64,000 bases of DNA from Octopus vulgaris (GCA_951406725.2 OX597831.1:73904001-73968000); one strand, 5' to 3'; shown: positions 13,578 through 28,175, counted from the first letter of the stretch. A program made the numbers and translations. The notes: a model not told the origin generated them from the sequence alone.

Positions 13578-13738
13578 GAGCTTCTTTCAGTTTCTGTCTA
13601 CCATATCTACTGACAAGTCTTTGGCCGGCCCAAGGCTATCGTAGAAGACACTTGCCCAAGGTGCAACGCAATGGGACTAAACCCAGTTACAAGTTGTTGG
13701 GCAGTAAACTTCTTACCACACAGCCACGCCTTGCGCCT
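13578..13738 (-). mobile_element. SINE family A, 5' half
   Basis: Reverse complement of the family A head. Confidence 0.85.
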
Positions 13739-15157
13739 GGGTGTGTGTGTGAGTGTGTGTACGCGTACATATATGGATATCACCCACCACCAATACCACC
13801 ACCGCATAGGTATGGAATATCGAAATGGAACACGTAAACGATTAACGGTGAAGACAAATGAATACGCTAATCCTCTCAGCAGCCGTGGAAACCAGACTCA
13901 GCGTAGTTTCGGCGAGTGGAACAGGGATGATCTGTGTGTGTGTGCGTGTACATGTGTGTTTGAGTTCAGCAACAATATCGATGGAATTCAATGCAGCCGA
14001 TATAATGAGACGATGAAAGCAACTACCACCAGTCGACCGGCACCCGAGCGCCTAACTGTGACGAATCTTTTGATGCAACAAATTAAGAAAAGTTGAACAT
14101 TTTCAAAAAAGAGTTGCGTAAGATGATGTCACCTCATCAAGCATTTATTGGTTAAAGAGAAAATTAATGGATTCCAGACGAAATAAAGAGTACGTTTGTT
14201 TCTTTGTATGTGTTTTTCTTCTTTTTTGTCGCACCCCTCCTCCTCTTTAAACATTGATAAGTTATTTACGTTCAACGAATTATTTCATTATAAAAGAGAA
14301 TTGCGAATTAAGAAATGAGGAAATGTCGGAGTGAAATTTCATTTATTTACTTTTAAAGATTGTCTTTTAATTGGTTTTGCAGGAAAGTGAATTACATAGG
14401 GTGGAACTTCATACACACACACACACACACACGCATACTCACATATGCATACGTATAACTACACATGCGCACACATACACGCGGTCACACAAATAAATAC
14501 AGATGTATAGTATACACATATACATACTTACGTATGCATACATACATATATATATATGTATGTGTGTGTGTGTGTGTGTGTAAATACACAATTCTCTCGC
14601 TCTTTCTCTCTCTATCTATTTATATGAATGTATATATGTGTGTATATATATGTATGTGTGTGTATATATACTTTGTACTTTACCAGCAGTATATTGGATA
14701 ACTGATATCCCATAGTGGGTTACTTTCATAACCCCTATCTTACTTTGTACTATATATATATATATAGAGAGAGAGAGACCTACATATACATAGAAACATA
14801 TATAAACTTACGTATCTTGCATAGATATAGAAACAAACTAACAACGCAACACATATATAATACAGATATGTTCAAAATCTCGCCAACGAGAATCTCGTTG
14901 CGTACGATCTTTCACGCAACAAAGAGAAGAGTGAAGACACTTGAATGGAGATTCGGGAGATTAAATTACGCTGCGCATCGAATCATTCATATTTCATTTG
15001 TTATTTTGCTCAAGAAATGAAAGTAAATGAGAAATGGAGTTTAATTTTTCCTGTTTCTAAGGGTGCTTTGATGGTGGCGAAGTCTTTGAACATCCTCTTC
15101 TACATCTTAGATGCATCCTCTCTGAAAACCCTTTTCCGTGCATAGTATTATGCAGAG

Positions 15158-15735
15158 ATACCTACCTACCTACCTACCTACCTACCTACCTACCTACCTA
15201 CCTACCTACCTACCTACCTACCTACCTACCTACCAACCTACCAACCTACCTACCTACCTACCTACCTACCTACCCTACCTACATACCTACCTACCGACCA
15301 ACCTACCTACCTACCTACCTACCTACCTACCTACCTACCTACCTACCAACCTACCTACCAACCTACCTACCTACCTACCTACATACCTACCTACCTTCCT
15401 ACATACCCTACCTACCTACCTACCTACCTACCTACCTACCTACCTACCTACCTACCTACCTACCGACCAACCTACCTACCTACCTACCTACCTACCTACA
15501 TACATACCTACCTACCAACCAACCTACCTACCTACCTACCCACCCACCTACCTACCTACCTACCTACCTACCTACCTACCTACATACCTACCTACCTACC
15601 TACCAACCTACCTACCAACCTACCTACCAACCTACCTACCTACCTACCTACCTACCTACCTACCTACCTACCTACATACCTACCTACCTACCTACCTACC
15701 TACCTACCTACCTACCTACCTACCTACCTACCTAC
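15158..15735. repeat. (TACC)n tetranucleotide array, about 580 bp
   Basis: Directly visible; explains the YLPT ORF. Confidence 0.97.
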
Positions 15736-16020
15736 ATATATACACATCTATATTCAATAACGGATTAAGAGTATCGCTAGTGTTGTAAACATTATCGACC
15801 GCACATGCTCAAAGTGTTTTGTTTGTTAGCCGGTTCGCTGCTGTATAGCGCTTCGGGGACGACTCCCTCATAGTATCGGATATGAAAACACCTGAAAGTT
15901 GGAGAAAGATAAAACAACTCACCGCCAATGCCATACAAGAGTAATGGATACCGATATTTCGCCAGTTAAAATACAGACTCTGACAGACAGGCAGACATAC
16001 AGACAGACACAGACATATAT

Positions 16021-16074
<54 letters not shown>

Positions 16075-16084
16075 GTATATATAG

Positions 16085-16232
16085 ATGACCTTGTGATAAG
16101 AAGCCAACTTCCCAACCACATGGCTTCAGCAAGTTCAGTCCTACTGAGTGGCAAATGTCTTCAACTATAGTCCCGGGGCGACCAAAGCCTTGTGAGTGGA
16201 ATTAGTTGACGGAAACTTAAAGAAGACCCTCA
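16085..16232 (+). mobile_element. SINE family A, diverged 5' half
   Basis: CCAACCACATGG...CGACCAAAGCCTTGTGAGTGGA...GACGGAAAC. Confidence 0.75.
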
Positions 16233-16233
16233 T

Positions 16234-16274
<41 letters not shown>

Positions 16275-17103
16275 CACATACCTACATATATATATATATG
16301 TGTGTATGCGTGCTTATTTTTATAGTTTTGGCATCGTGATATGCAAACCGCTGCATTCGAGCAGACATGTTATGCAGCAGCTATGGTTTATTGAGCTATT
16401 AATGACCATGCAAAGATGGCCGCCGTCTGCTGGGTCTCAACTTGATTTACACCTGTCCATTCACGACGGACACCACTCAACACTCCAGGGTATATATATT
16501 TTCAATCGCCAATGATCCTTTGACCTTAAATCTTCTGCAAATTTCCTAAGAATGTAACAATTCTAAAGACCCAATTTTCAAACCAAGCACCAAAGACGAC
16601 ATCTTGCACTAAATATTCGCTCTCTTTAGGGAGTTTATATAATGTTTAAGGTCGAAGTATCATTGGTTCTTTTTTGAAGATAACAAACTCCGAAGTATTC
16701 AGGGATATCTGTAATGAATGGACTTGCATCAATAACTTTACGTTGTCGTAGCCGACGGCCATCTCTGGATGGTCGTTAATATCGTGACCTCGACCTCAGT
16801 ATGTATTCCGGTCACACAGACCAATAGTCTGTCTGTGTGTCTATTTGTCCTTCTCTGCCGGTCTCTTGTGATGACTGATTCTCCATGTGTCTGTCTGTCT
16901 GTCTGTGTGTCTCGATCTACGTCTCATTACTTCCGGCGCTCCATCCCACCCCTCTCCCCTCTGTCTTGCTTTTTCTCAAATCTTCGTCAGTATTACTAAA
17001 ACCTCCACACATCCATCCATGCATCCATCCAACTACATATAACATATATACGTCGGTATATATATATATACTTTCATCTTATATATATATATATATATAT
17101 AAT

Positions 17104-17173
<70 letters not shown>

Positions 17174-17329
17174 GTGTGTATATATATAAATATTGTGTAT
17201 ATATACATATATAAATATAGATATAGTCTCTTATGTGGTGGTTTAATAAAGTATGTGATTGAGTATTATCTGGTAATTGATATTTGATTTAGATGTATTT
17301 CTCCATTTTCTTATCTTGTATTATATATG

Positions 17330-17387
<58 letters not shown>

Positions 17388-17418
17388 GTATTGATGTATA
17401 TACATACATATATATATA

Positions 17419-17453
<35 letters not shown>

Positions 17454-17460
17454 ACACATA

Positions 17461-17522
<62 letters not shown>

Positions 17523-17689
17523 GTGTGTGTGTGTGTGTGTAGAATGTTGAAAAGGACTACACGAGGGTAAACAAGAGAGGCAGAGACAGGCAGAAACAAG
17601 GAAATGCCCCTTGTATTTGAATATTTTGCAAATATTCTTTTAGAAAAACTTTTCTTTAATTTTTCCAAAATTTAATTGTTTTCCATACT

Positions 17690-17729
17690 TAAAGTTGAAA
17701 AAGTCTCAATGACTGAAACCGGTACTGAA
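17690..17729 (+). ncRNA. Degenerate hammerhead motif in a microsatellite-flanked segment (about 17540-17783)
   Basis: ag-TTGAAAA-agtc(tcaat)gact-GAAA-ccgg-TA-ct; stems II and III intact, core has two substitutions, stem I weak. Confidence 0.5.
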
Positions 17730-17779
17730 ATGTTTTTTATGATAAAATTATTTTAGCATTTTCTACCTTGACTTATTTT

Positions 17780-17850
<71 letters not shown>

Positions 17851-17910
17851 ATACATGTATATATGTTTGTGTGTGTGTATGTATGTATATATATATATAT
17901 ATATATATAT

Positions 17911-17952
<42 letters not shown>

Positions 17953-18153
17953 TATATACATATATATACATATGTATATATGTATATATATATATATATA
18001 TATGTGTACATATGTATTCATACACACACACACACAGACATATATATATACTCAATGTGATTGAGGGATATATAAGTTATCTGACTTGGAAGCTATGAAA
18101 GACAGATCGATATAGAACTATTGATCTGATGATAAGTTTAATTAAAGAAAGAT

Positions 18154-18203
<50 letters not shown>

Positions 18204-18604
18204 AATTGAGAAAGAGAAGAGAAAGAGTCAGAGAGATTGAGAATGACTGAGAGATAGAGAGAGAGGAGAATCGGAGAGGAAAGAATCGGAGAGACTTGGT
18301 GAAAGGTAGATATGATGTTTTAACAAACACAAGATGTCGGTCTCTCTCTCTCTGAAACCTGTGTGTCTCTTACGGTTCATGCACCGGAAACCGTAATCTA
18401 GCATTTCCGGTAGACACCATAATACGAGGTCAGCTATTGCTAATATGTTCCAACAGAAACAGTCATACGTGCATAAATACATACATACGTACATGAGTAT
18501 ACTACATATTTACAAAGATGTACACGTTGGACACACAGACATAGCATACGTAACCATACACATCACGGAGACATAAATGCTCTCACGCATACTAACCACA
18601 TAGA

Positions 18605-18638
<34 letters not shown>

Positions 18639-18764
18639 CACACACACACATACATATATACACGCACAGACACTCAAGCTCATATTCCACAAACAGATAC
18701 CGTCTCTGTGTGTATAGATATATACGTACACAGTATACATACATATATACATGCACACATGCAC

Positions 18765-18820
<56 letters not shown>

Positions 18821-18924
18821 CTCCCCCTCTCTCTCCCTCTCTCTTTCTCTTTCTCTCTATCTCTCTGTATATACAATTATATATATATATTGTGTGTGTG
18901 TGTGTGTGTGTGTATACGTATGTA

Positions 18925-19933
18925 CGAGGGGTGTATGAAAAGTCTTGAGCCCCCCAAAAAACAAACCATCGTACAAGACCTCTGATGATTTATTATTCGC
19001 CATAGTCCCCCCTCCTCGATGGCTGAACACTTTCTCCAGCGATGCTGAAGCGCCATTATCCCGGTGCAGAAGAACTCTTCTGTTTGTGACTCCAAGAAAC
19101 TTCCTACAGCGTCTATGACGTCATTGTCACTAGCAAAATGGCCACCAGCCAGGGCTTTTTTCATTTTTGGGAATAGATGAAAGTCAGAGGGGGCTAAGTC
19201 TGGCGAATAAGGCGGATGGGGAACAAGTTTGTATCCACAATCACGAATTATTCTCATGGCAACCACTGAAGTGTGGGCTGGAGCATTGTCATGATGAAAA
19301 AGGACTCCCCTGGTGAGCATTCCCGGCCTTTTTTCTTTGATTCGTGGACAAAGTGCACCCGGTGCGTTTCTGTTCAGGAGTCAAAAGGTGGGGGCCCCAC
19401 CTTGCGGAAACTTTCAAGAACCCAAGTTCTTCTGGCACAATGTTGTCTGCTCTTTCTGTTGAGATGCCCAATCTATCGGCTATCTGACGACATGATATTC
19501 GGCGATCTTGTATTATCATACCAAGAGCAAGGTCAAGGTTATCTTTGGTGGTTGCAGTTGGAGGTCTCCCTGGTCAGGGATCATTTTCCACACACTCCTT
19601 GCCACGCTGGAATTCATTTACCCAGTGTTTGATTGTTGCATATAAAGGAGCATTGTCTGTTAAGGTTCTCACCATATGTTCATGGATTTCTGATGGAGTC
19701 ATGCCTTTCAAATGAAAGTACTTTATGACAGCACGATACTCAGTTTTGTCCATTTTTCTTGTAACCTCGACACTCGTTTATTCAAAAATCTGCTACAAAA
19801 ATATTAAAATATCAGAATCATGAAAATGAGCAAGAATACTCCGAAAAGACTGCACTTACCACAAAAAAATGTTTTGTTTCAGTTACCTAACAGCACCGTT
19901 TCTAGGTTAGGCTCAAAACTTTTCATATACCCC

Positions 19934-19936
<3 letters not shown>
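18925..19936 (-). mobile_element. Mariner transposon with both TIRs, internally deleted
   Basis: 27-bp TIRs CGAGGGGTGTATGAAAAGTCTTGAGCC and GGCTCAAAACTTTTCATATACCCCTCA, each flanked by TA. Transposase starts MDKTEYRAVIKY (ATG 19753) and has ARWGPHLLT, HHDNAPAH and HPPYSPDLAPSDF; the first-D region is missing near 19345. Confidence 0.96.
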
Positions 19937-20012
<76 letters not shown>

Positions 20013-20032
20013 ATCAATTGAAATAAATGAAA

Positions 20033-20091
<59 letters not shown>

Positions 20092-20131
20092 ATCAATTGA
20101 AATAAATGAAAAACAAGACGCAAAGGATGTT

Positions 20132-20224
20132 GCGGTACATATGTTTCGGGCCTTATAGAACAACTTATTTTTACATCAATGCATAATCGATATAACAGAT
20201 GGATCAAAACCCTTCTTCAGCCGC
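20132..20224 (-). ncRNA. Type I hammerhead ribozyme, intact core with an extra A after A9
   Basis: Minus: gcgg-CTGAAGA-a-gggtt...ggccc-GAAA-catatg-TA-ccgc; palindromic stem III ACATATGT. Confidence 0.82.
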
Positions 20225-20399
20225 GTGCCATTGCTACACCAAAGACTTGTATCACATTATAACAGGTTTGAGAAAAAACCGAGTATCATTGGGAAAGTAT
20301 GTTTGTAAATCTTCACAGGCGTACATGGTATTATTAGACTCCAAAACAAATCGTCCATACCGTTTTTTCACTCGATATATACATATATATGTATGTATA

Positions 20400-20489
<90 letters not shown>

Positions 20490-20726
20490 AAGTAAACAGT
20501 TCGTTAGAGGCATGTATAAGATAAAATCTTCTATTATAAACACTCCCACACAGGTAGACTCGAAAATACATCAACATGTCCCCGTTTCTCTTTCTTTTTC
20601 CCCTCCTACATCTATTTTTTATTTTTGCAAATCTCCGGTCAGCTTCTCCGACATAACCTCTTTGTTTTTACTTCTAATTTTTTTTTATGGTTATACCTTT
20701 TTTTGATGTGTTCCTTCAACTTTTTT

Positions 20727-20825
20727 TTACACTGATGCGAATGGTTATACACAACTATTTTAACTATTAACAATTAATGGTTTTTCTTACATGTTAGTAT
20801 TGCCGTCTGAAACGTTCGTATGTGG
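20727..20825 (+). ncRNA. Hammerhead motif with one core substitution, in an element with an inverted end copy
   Basis: ttaca-CTGATGC-gaatggt...gccgtct-GAAA-cgttcg-TA-tgtgg; 20495-20545 is an inverted copy of 20883-20933. Confidence 0.6.
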
Positions 20826-22040
20826 AAATTAAATTCTAATTTGAACTTTTAACATCTCTTGTCCATTTTTATAATTGTAAGTAGTGTTTTTTATCTAAGA
20901 TTTTATCTTATACATGCCTATAACAAACTTTTTATTTGTTATTTTCATATTTTAATTGCTTGCTTTAGCAGGCTATCATTTTCATATGATGAATATTTGT
21001 TAGAAATATTTCTTTTTGGACTCCCCAAAAAGTTTGAATTGTTCTACTTGAACTTATTCTTTCTCAGATACACACACGCACACACACACACAAATACACA
21101 CACACACATGTATATATAGTTGCCTGTGTATATATGTATATATATGTATTTATCTTGAGTGTCACGCATATTTTTGCATGTCTCCTGTTACACATCCACA
21201 CTCTCCTCTTCTCCTTACTTTTCACACACCCACGCACTCGCGCACATATGTCCGCACTCTACAAATACATAAATAACAAACATAAACACACTCACACCAG
21301 AGACATATATAAAGGCACACACCTATAAATACCAAGAAGTTCATATATTAACACGGTCCTTAATAGATAAAAAGGCGTATAAATTAAATGAAGTTAGAAA
21401 AAGTATTTATCTCTTCCTTGTCTACGAAGTATTTCATTTTGGATGTAACTGCGCACACGCTATCTTTAAAGTATCGTGTTAGAGCTCACATTAATGTAAG
21501 TAATTTGCATTTATAGTGACACATTTTTATTTATTTATTTATATAAGCAATATAGCAATATTCAATGAAATATGGACATAATCCATATCATCCCACAAAC
21601 AGCAATTGCTCCTTCGAATTCTCGAGAAAAATATTGAAAAAAAAATAGATAAATAAATAAAATAAAGGAAAAATAAAAATACAAAGAATCAAAGTGGAAC
21701 TAAAGGAACGTTGATTGAGGGAACTTTTTTTTTTCTCGAAGTCATTTCTTTGTTTTGATTTCACAGAGAAGAGCATTTATTTTGGCAATGATTTCAGAGT
21801 TTAGTGCCAACGAGGGAATGGTCAATTGAACAGGAAGTGGTGTGATATATGTAAGAATAAATAGAATGTTTTGGTAATCAGAAAAGTGATGGATCACTAA
21901 GGCAAGTCGGTGCCAATCTATAAAGCAGAGACGGCGCCACGATTTTCAATATAATGGAACGACGTTTGAAATGAGACTTCGTTCATGATGCAAAAGACTT
22001 TGTACTTCAGAACTTCTGTAATTTCTCTTCTCTTCTCTTC

Positions 22041-22096
<56 letters not shown>

Positions 22097-22227
22097 TCAA
22101 CAATCACGTGACTGTTATGCATGTATGCGTTACACATATGGACAGAGACACAAACGCATACAGACACTCATATGCGTATATATATACTCAAACAAATGCA
22201 CACACATCTAAAGATCAAAAGCCATAT

Positions 22228-22264
<37 letters not shown>

Positions 22265-22421
22265 CTCTCTCTCTCTCTCTCTCTGTATGTATACAAATGG
22301 TAATGGGGAAAGAGCAGGGAGGGGTCAAAGAAAAAAAATGTAGATAGATAGAGAGGTGGGTATTTAGGTAAGTAGACGAGAGTCTGGACGTGAGTTCATA
22401 AATATGTTTCTGCCGATACTG

Positions 22422-22531
22422 TACTACAAGTAAGCGTGCGTATCTGAAAGTGTGCTCTAGATTTACATATAACTGTTACACATACGTGCTCATACACACA
22501 CACACACACTGATAAATCTCATATGCATGTA

Positions 22532-22605
<74 letters not shown>

Positions 22606-22707
22606 CGTATATGTCATGCATATGAGATTTGTGTGTGTGTATGAGCACGTATGTGTACAGTTATATGTAAATCTAGAGCACACTTTCAGATACGCATACT
22701 TGTAGTA
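22422..22707. repeat. Inverted repeat with about 95-105 bp arms around a (TA)n tract
   Basis: GCGTATCTGAAAGTGTGCTCTAGATTTACATATAACTG reappears as its reverse complement at about 22658-22695. Confidence 0.93.
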
Positions 22708-22758
22708 ATCGACCTAATCCGTTTGTCTGCCCTTGTTTGTCCCCTCTGTGTTTAATAA

Positions 22759-22797
<39 letters not shown>

Positions 22798-22804
22798 TAG
22801 ATAG

Positions 22805-22855
<51 letters not shown>

Positions 22856-22882
22856 TAGATACATATATATTATATATGTATG

Positions 22883-22980
<98 letters not shown>

Positions 22981-23096
22981 ATATGTATAATGGGAGAGAG
23001 AGTGACACACACACACGTCGCTTTTTATTCACAAAGGAGTGAACGAGTGGAAACATTTCAACTGAAGGGAGAAATAGAACAAGGGAAACAGTGAGC

Positions 23097-23146
<50 letters not shown>

Positions 23147-23264
23147 AGAAGAGAGAAAAGGAGAGGGTGGGAGAAGGAGGGAGGAATAGGATGAACGAGA
23201 GATGAAGTGAAGAGGGAAACGTAGAAAATCTGTATGCGTATGTGTGTTTGTGCGTGAGAGTGTT

Positions 23265-23295
<31 letters not shown>

Positions 23296-23806
23296 CTTGG
23301 GATAAAGAAGAAACATTGTGCTAGACAGCTTTGTGGTCTAATAAAGAAGAAACGAATTCATATTTGAATTCGCGTGGGTGGAGAGTTCATTGATGTGATG
23401 GATTTAGAAGAGCAAAGAAGGGGCGTCGTGACGTTGTGCCGCTGGTTTTGAATATTAACGCATCGAATGAAAGCTGTATTGATGAAACAAAAGAGAAAAT
23501 CCGTCACAAATCCTCGTAGCTAGACAGACTATAGGTATTGGCTTTCCTTGCCATGTCCATAGCCACGTTTCCGGTCTGTTTTGCCTTACTTCAAAATGGC
23601 GACGACTGTGTGTATGAAGCAGACGACAGCGCTTTACCGAAGGAAATATACTTCGTGATAAAGATTGATCGATGTTTCCGTGTCTATCTACCTATGTCTT
23701 TGTGGGTGTATGTGTAGATATATTCGGAGTGTGTAGGGATGTGTATGTAAGTGTGTGGTTATGAAGTTGGCTGTGTATGTGTATATAACAATTATGTGTA
23801 TGTGCT

Positions 23807-23852
<46 letters not shown>

Positions 23853-24312
23853 TGTCTGTCTGTCTGTTTAAGTGTATACCTGTAAGAATTTGATGTGCAG
23901 GTGTATGTGTGTGTATGTGCGTGTGTGTATGTATGTGAGAAGGTTTCTCTCAAACACGTAACCACACATTCGGAAACAGTCTCACTAAACACACACACAT
24001 GCACACACATATACATACACACACATATACATACACACACATATACATACACACACATGTATATATCTATATATATATGTTCGTCTCATATACTTTACAA
24101 CACACACACATGTATGTATGTATGTATGTATGTATGTATGTATGTATGTATGTATGTATGTATGTATGTATGTATGTATTTCCAGTGAAACTTAGAAGCA
24201 ATGCCTCATTACCAGAATTTCCGACTGTAATTCTTCCAATCCACGTTATAATCTTTTGTGTCGATGGAGTTAAGAATGGCTGGCTTGGAATGGCATCAAG
24301 TTATATAATGTA

Positions 24313-24682
24313 TAGATTTCTTTACTACCCACAAGGGGACAAACAAGGACAGACAAAGGGATTAAGTCGTTTACATCGACCCCAGTGCAAAACTGGGCAA
24401 AGTCGACCTCGGTGGAATTTGAACTCAGAACGTAACGACAGACGAAATACCTATTTCTTTACTACCCACCAGGGGCTAAACACAGAGGGGACAAACAAGG
24501 ACAGACAATCGGATTAAGTCAATTATATCGACCCCAGTGCGTAACTAGCACTTAATTTATCGACCCCGACAGGATGAATGGCAAAGTCGACCTCGGCGGA
24601 ATTTGAACTCCGAACGTAACGACAGACGAAATACCGCTAAGCATTTCGCCCGGCGCGCTAACGCTTCTGCCAGCTCGCCGCC
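24313..24682 (-). mobile_element. SINE family B plus a tandem partial second copy
   Basis: Head GGCGGCGAGCTGGCAGAAGCGTTAGC at 24682; GTCGACCTCGG...GAACGTAACGACAGACGAAATAC occurs twice. Confidence 0.88.
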
Positions 24683-25014
24683 TTATATAACGTATAATAA
24701 CGAAGTCAAATCAAATAATGACACGTGACATACGAATATATCCATACAAACAAAGATATGAATATATGCGTCCATGCGTGCGTGTGTGCGCGCGCGAATT
24801 TCGTATAATTCGGGAAGACCCTCGTAATGTCCATTCCAGAGCTCCTACGTCTTCATTGTGCTACCCCATGTTATTCTAGTGTAGGATAGTTTCCAGGGCT
24901 GGATACACACGTGGAACTCCTCCGTGCATAAGGTTAATATAAGACTAATGTAACAGGATATCAGGTTTCAATACTTGGTCACAGCATTTCTTTCTGCATC
25001 GGACACCAGCTTCA

Positions 25015-25100
<86 letters not shown>

Positions 25101-25622
25101 TGTATGTATGTATGTATGTATGTATGTATGTATGTATGTATGTATGTGTGTGTGTGTGTGGATGTGTATGTGTATGGTCTATTGATAATATGGAGCTGAC
25201 TTTGACTTCGAGCCAACTGGTTACAGAATTCTCGAAAGGTGAAACCAGATGCCCTGGTCAATTTGAATTATATTTCTACACACAGACAGCAACCTAGATA
25301 CACACGCACGCACACACACACACGCACACACATACACACACACATACACATATATATATATATACACACATACATACGTGCATATGTAAGTACACACACG
25401 CATATATACATAGATGTAAATTTATGCCGCAAGCCTCTTTGATCTCTTTTCTTTTCGTTTCTTTTAGTTTTATTTAAATATTCATACACATATATACACA
25501 CACACACCCATACATACATACATACATACATACATACATACATACATACATACATACATACATACATACATACACACACACAAATGCAACGCATGTGTAT
25601 ATATATGTATATAATGGAAACG

Positions 25623-25681
25623 CTACACTGATGACGGAAAGTAAGTAAATTAAATACTTTAATCTCGAAACGCGTCTGTGG
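25623..25681 (+). ncRNA. Type I hammerhead motif, intact core, irregular stem II base
   Basis: ctaca-CTGATGA-cggaaagta...tactttaatctc-GAAA-cgcg-TC-tgtgg; palindromic stem III ACGCGT. Confidence 0.72.
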
Positions 25682-25860
25682 CCAATCGAAGTCGCGTTGA
25701 TTCATTGTTTTCCTCTTTGTCTACCTAAAAAAGTGTTACTCTCTGTGAGATTCTTACGGTAGTAGAAAAGGAATTGTTAACTCTTATTTCTAAATTTCGG
25801 TGTGTGGTGAAGCAATCAGCTGACCCCTAATTATAATGATGTTTATAATTATAGAATATT

Positions 25861-25914
<54 letters not shown>

Positions 25915-26343
25915 GTAAATAATATTTTATAAGCTTAAAGGTTATGAGCGATTACAGTGTAATAACTATAGTATAATTCGGGGTAAGGCCCCGTAACGTG
26001 CGTATAAGAGCCCCTATACAGGTGTTGTTGACTCCACACACGGCTATTACTGAGTAGCATTCAACAGAATGCTAATTATAAAGAATTTTCTTCTATAATG
26101 GCCTTAAAATATGAGCTCAGCAGCTCAAAGCTGGTGTACGGTGCAGAAACAAATGTTGAGATCAACTATTAAAGCCTCTTATCCTCCATCTTGATTTTTA
26201 TTAACCTTGAATATGCAAAGAAAAGCTCCTGTTTCATTATGTCGGCAACAACCTAACGGTCTCAACTGTCAATAACAGTTTTTGGGGGTTATACCGAGCT
26301 GTGCAGATATAATGTAGCATATTATTACTATGCACACACACAC

Positions 26344-26399
<56 letters not shown>

Positions 26400-26404
26400 G
26401 TATG

Positions 26405-26482
<78 letters not shown>

Positions 26483-26655
26483 CTATATTAAGTATATAGA
26501 GGTATATATGCAAAGCGATCTATGCATGTCATTATATAGATGTGCGCATAGGTGTGTACATGTGTATGTAGGTATATATATATATGTGCGTGTTTGTCTC
26601 TCTGTGTATGTGTGTGTACTTACATAAATGTTTATACACATGTACACACACACAC

Positions 26656-26691
<36 letters not shown>

Positions 26692-26776
26692 GTAACTGAG
26701 TGTAGATAAAACGATTGAGAGAGAGACGGGTTAGGGGAAAAAGAAAAAGAGAGAGAGGGGGGAGAGAGAGAGCGAA

Positions 26777-26842
<66 letters not shown>

Positions 26843-27689
26843 CAAAGGGAATAGAAAGTAATCGGTAACGGTGCAGGTATTACAAAGGGAAAAGAAGTTG
26901 AATGTAAAGAGATTATAGAAGTGGTGGTGGTGGGAGTGTGTTCAGATAAAGGAATGTCCATTTAGCAAGATGGCGCCTTCATAGAAAAGCAAGTGGCAAT
27001 TAGGGAAGAGAATGAAAAAAAAGATAATGACAATTGTATGGAGTAACCATTGAAGGTAGACGTTTAGTCTTGGTCATCTTAAAACCATTTGGCCTTGGGT
27101 ACAGATTTCCAGTTGGACAGTTTAAATACCTTGGATTATAGTTGTTGATATTGTTGTTGTTGTAAGTGATGGTGGTAGCGGTTTTGTTGCAGTTGTGTTG
27201 GCGTTGTTATCGTTGGTATTATTGTTGTTGTTGCTGTGAGTGTTGTTGCTTTTGTTGTTGTTGTAGGTGTTATGGTGTTAGTGTTATTATTGATGTTGCT
27301 GTTGTTGTTTTCGGTGGTGGTGGTCGTAATGGCGGTGTTGTTATTTACCAGCAAGTCCCTTCCTGATCGAACACATATAATCAAACCCATTCCATTCCGT
27401 GATAGTTCCACCATTTATTTTCCTGGCACAATGTATCTTGGACTTCCATTATCCAACATGCTTTTCTTTGTTTTAGGCATTGGCGATTGGTTTGATGAAG
27501 ACTTGACTGTTATTTAAGCAAACCGACAGACCACATTGTGACCTCAGATTCTTTAGCGGAAACAGGGGCTGTAAGCGGGTCAATAATGTTCTGTGATTAA
27601 ACCCCGGGGAAATGAAAATTAAACGATTTGGTTTGGATTTGAAAGTGCATACACATCCAGCCATCCACCTACCCTCCCCGCCACACACA

Positions 27690-27900
27690 CACCATCCATC
27701 CATCCATCCGTCCATCCGTCCATCCATCCATCCGTCCGTCCGTCCGTCCGTCCGTCCGTCCGTCCGTCCGTCCGTCCGTCTATCCACCCATCCATCCATC
27801 CATCCATCCATCCATCCATCCATCCATCCATCCATCCATCCATCCATCCATCCATCCATCCATCCATCCATCCATCCATCCATCCATCCATCCATTCATT
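27690..27900. repeat. (CCAT)n/(CCGT)n array
   Basis: Directly visible. Confidence 0.96.
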
Positions 27901-27957
27901 CAAACATCCTGATGCACGCACGCTCACATATACATACATATCACAGTTATTACACAC

Positions 27958-28175
27958 CCTGATTTCAAATTTTGGCACAAGACCAGTAATTTCGGGGGAG
28001 GGGAGTAAGCCGACTGCATCGATCCCAGTACAAAACTGGTACCTATTTTATCGACCCCGAAAGGACGAAAGTCAAAGTCGACCTCGGCGGGGGTTTGAAC
28101 TCAGAATGTAAAGATGGACGAACCGCCACTACGCATTTTATTTAACTTGTTAACGATTCTGCCAGCTCTCCACCT
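27958..28175 (-). mobile_element. SINE family B, diverged
   Basis: TTTTATCGACCCCGAAAGGACGAAAGTCAAAGTCGACCTCGGCGG...GAACTCAGAA. Confidence 0.8.

Noticed and set aside
18123-18160. CTGATGA...GAAAGATGTC
   Set aside because: No stem I or stem II pairing; chance match.
25970-26010. GGGG/CCCC hairpin followed by GTAACGTGCGTA
   Set aside because: No recognisable HHR core.
27477-27570. AG...GT-bounded 94-nt segment
   Set aside because: Stops in all three frames; no support as a coding exon.
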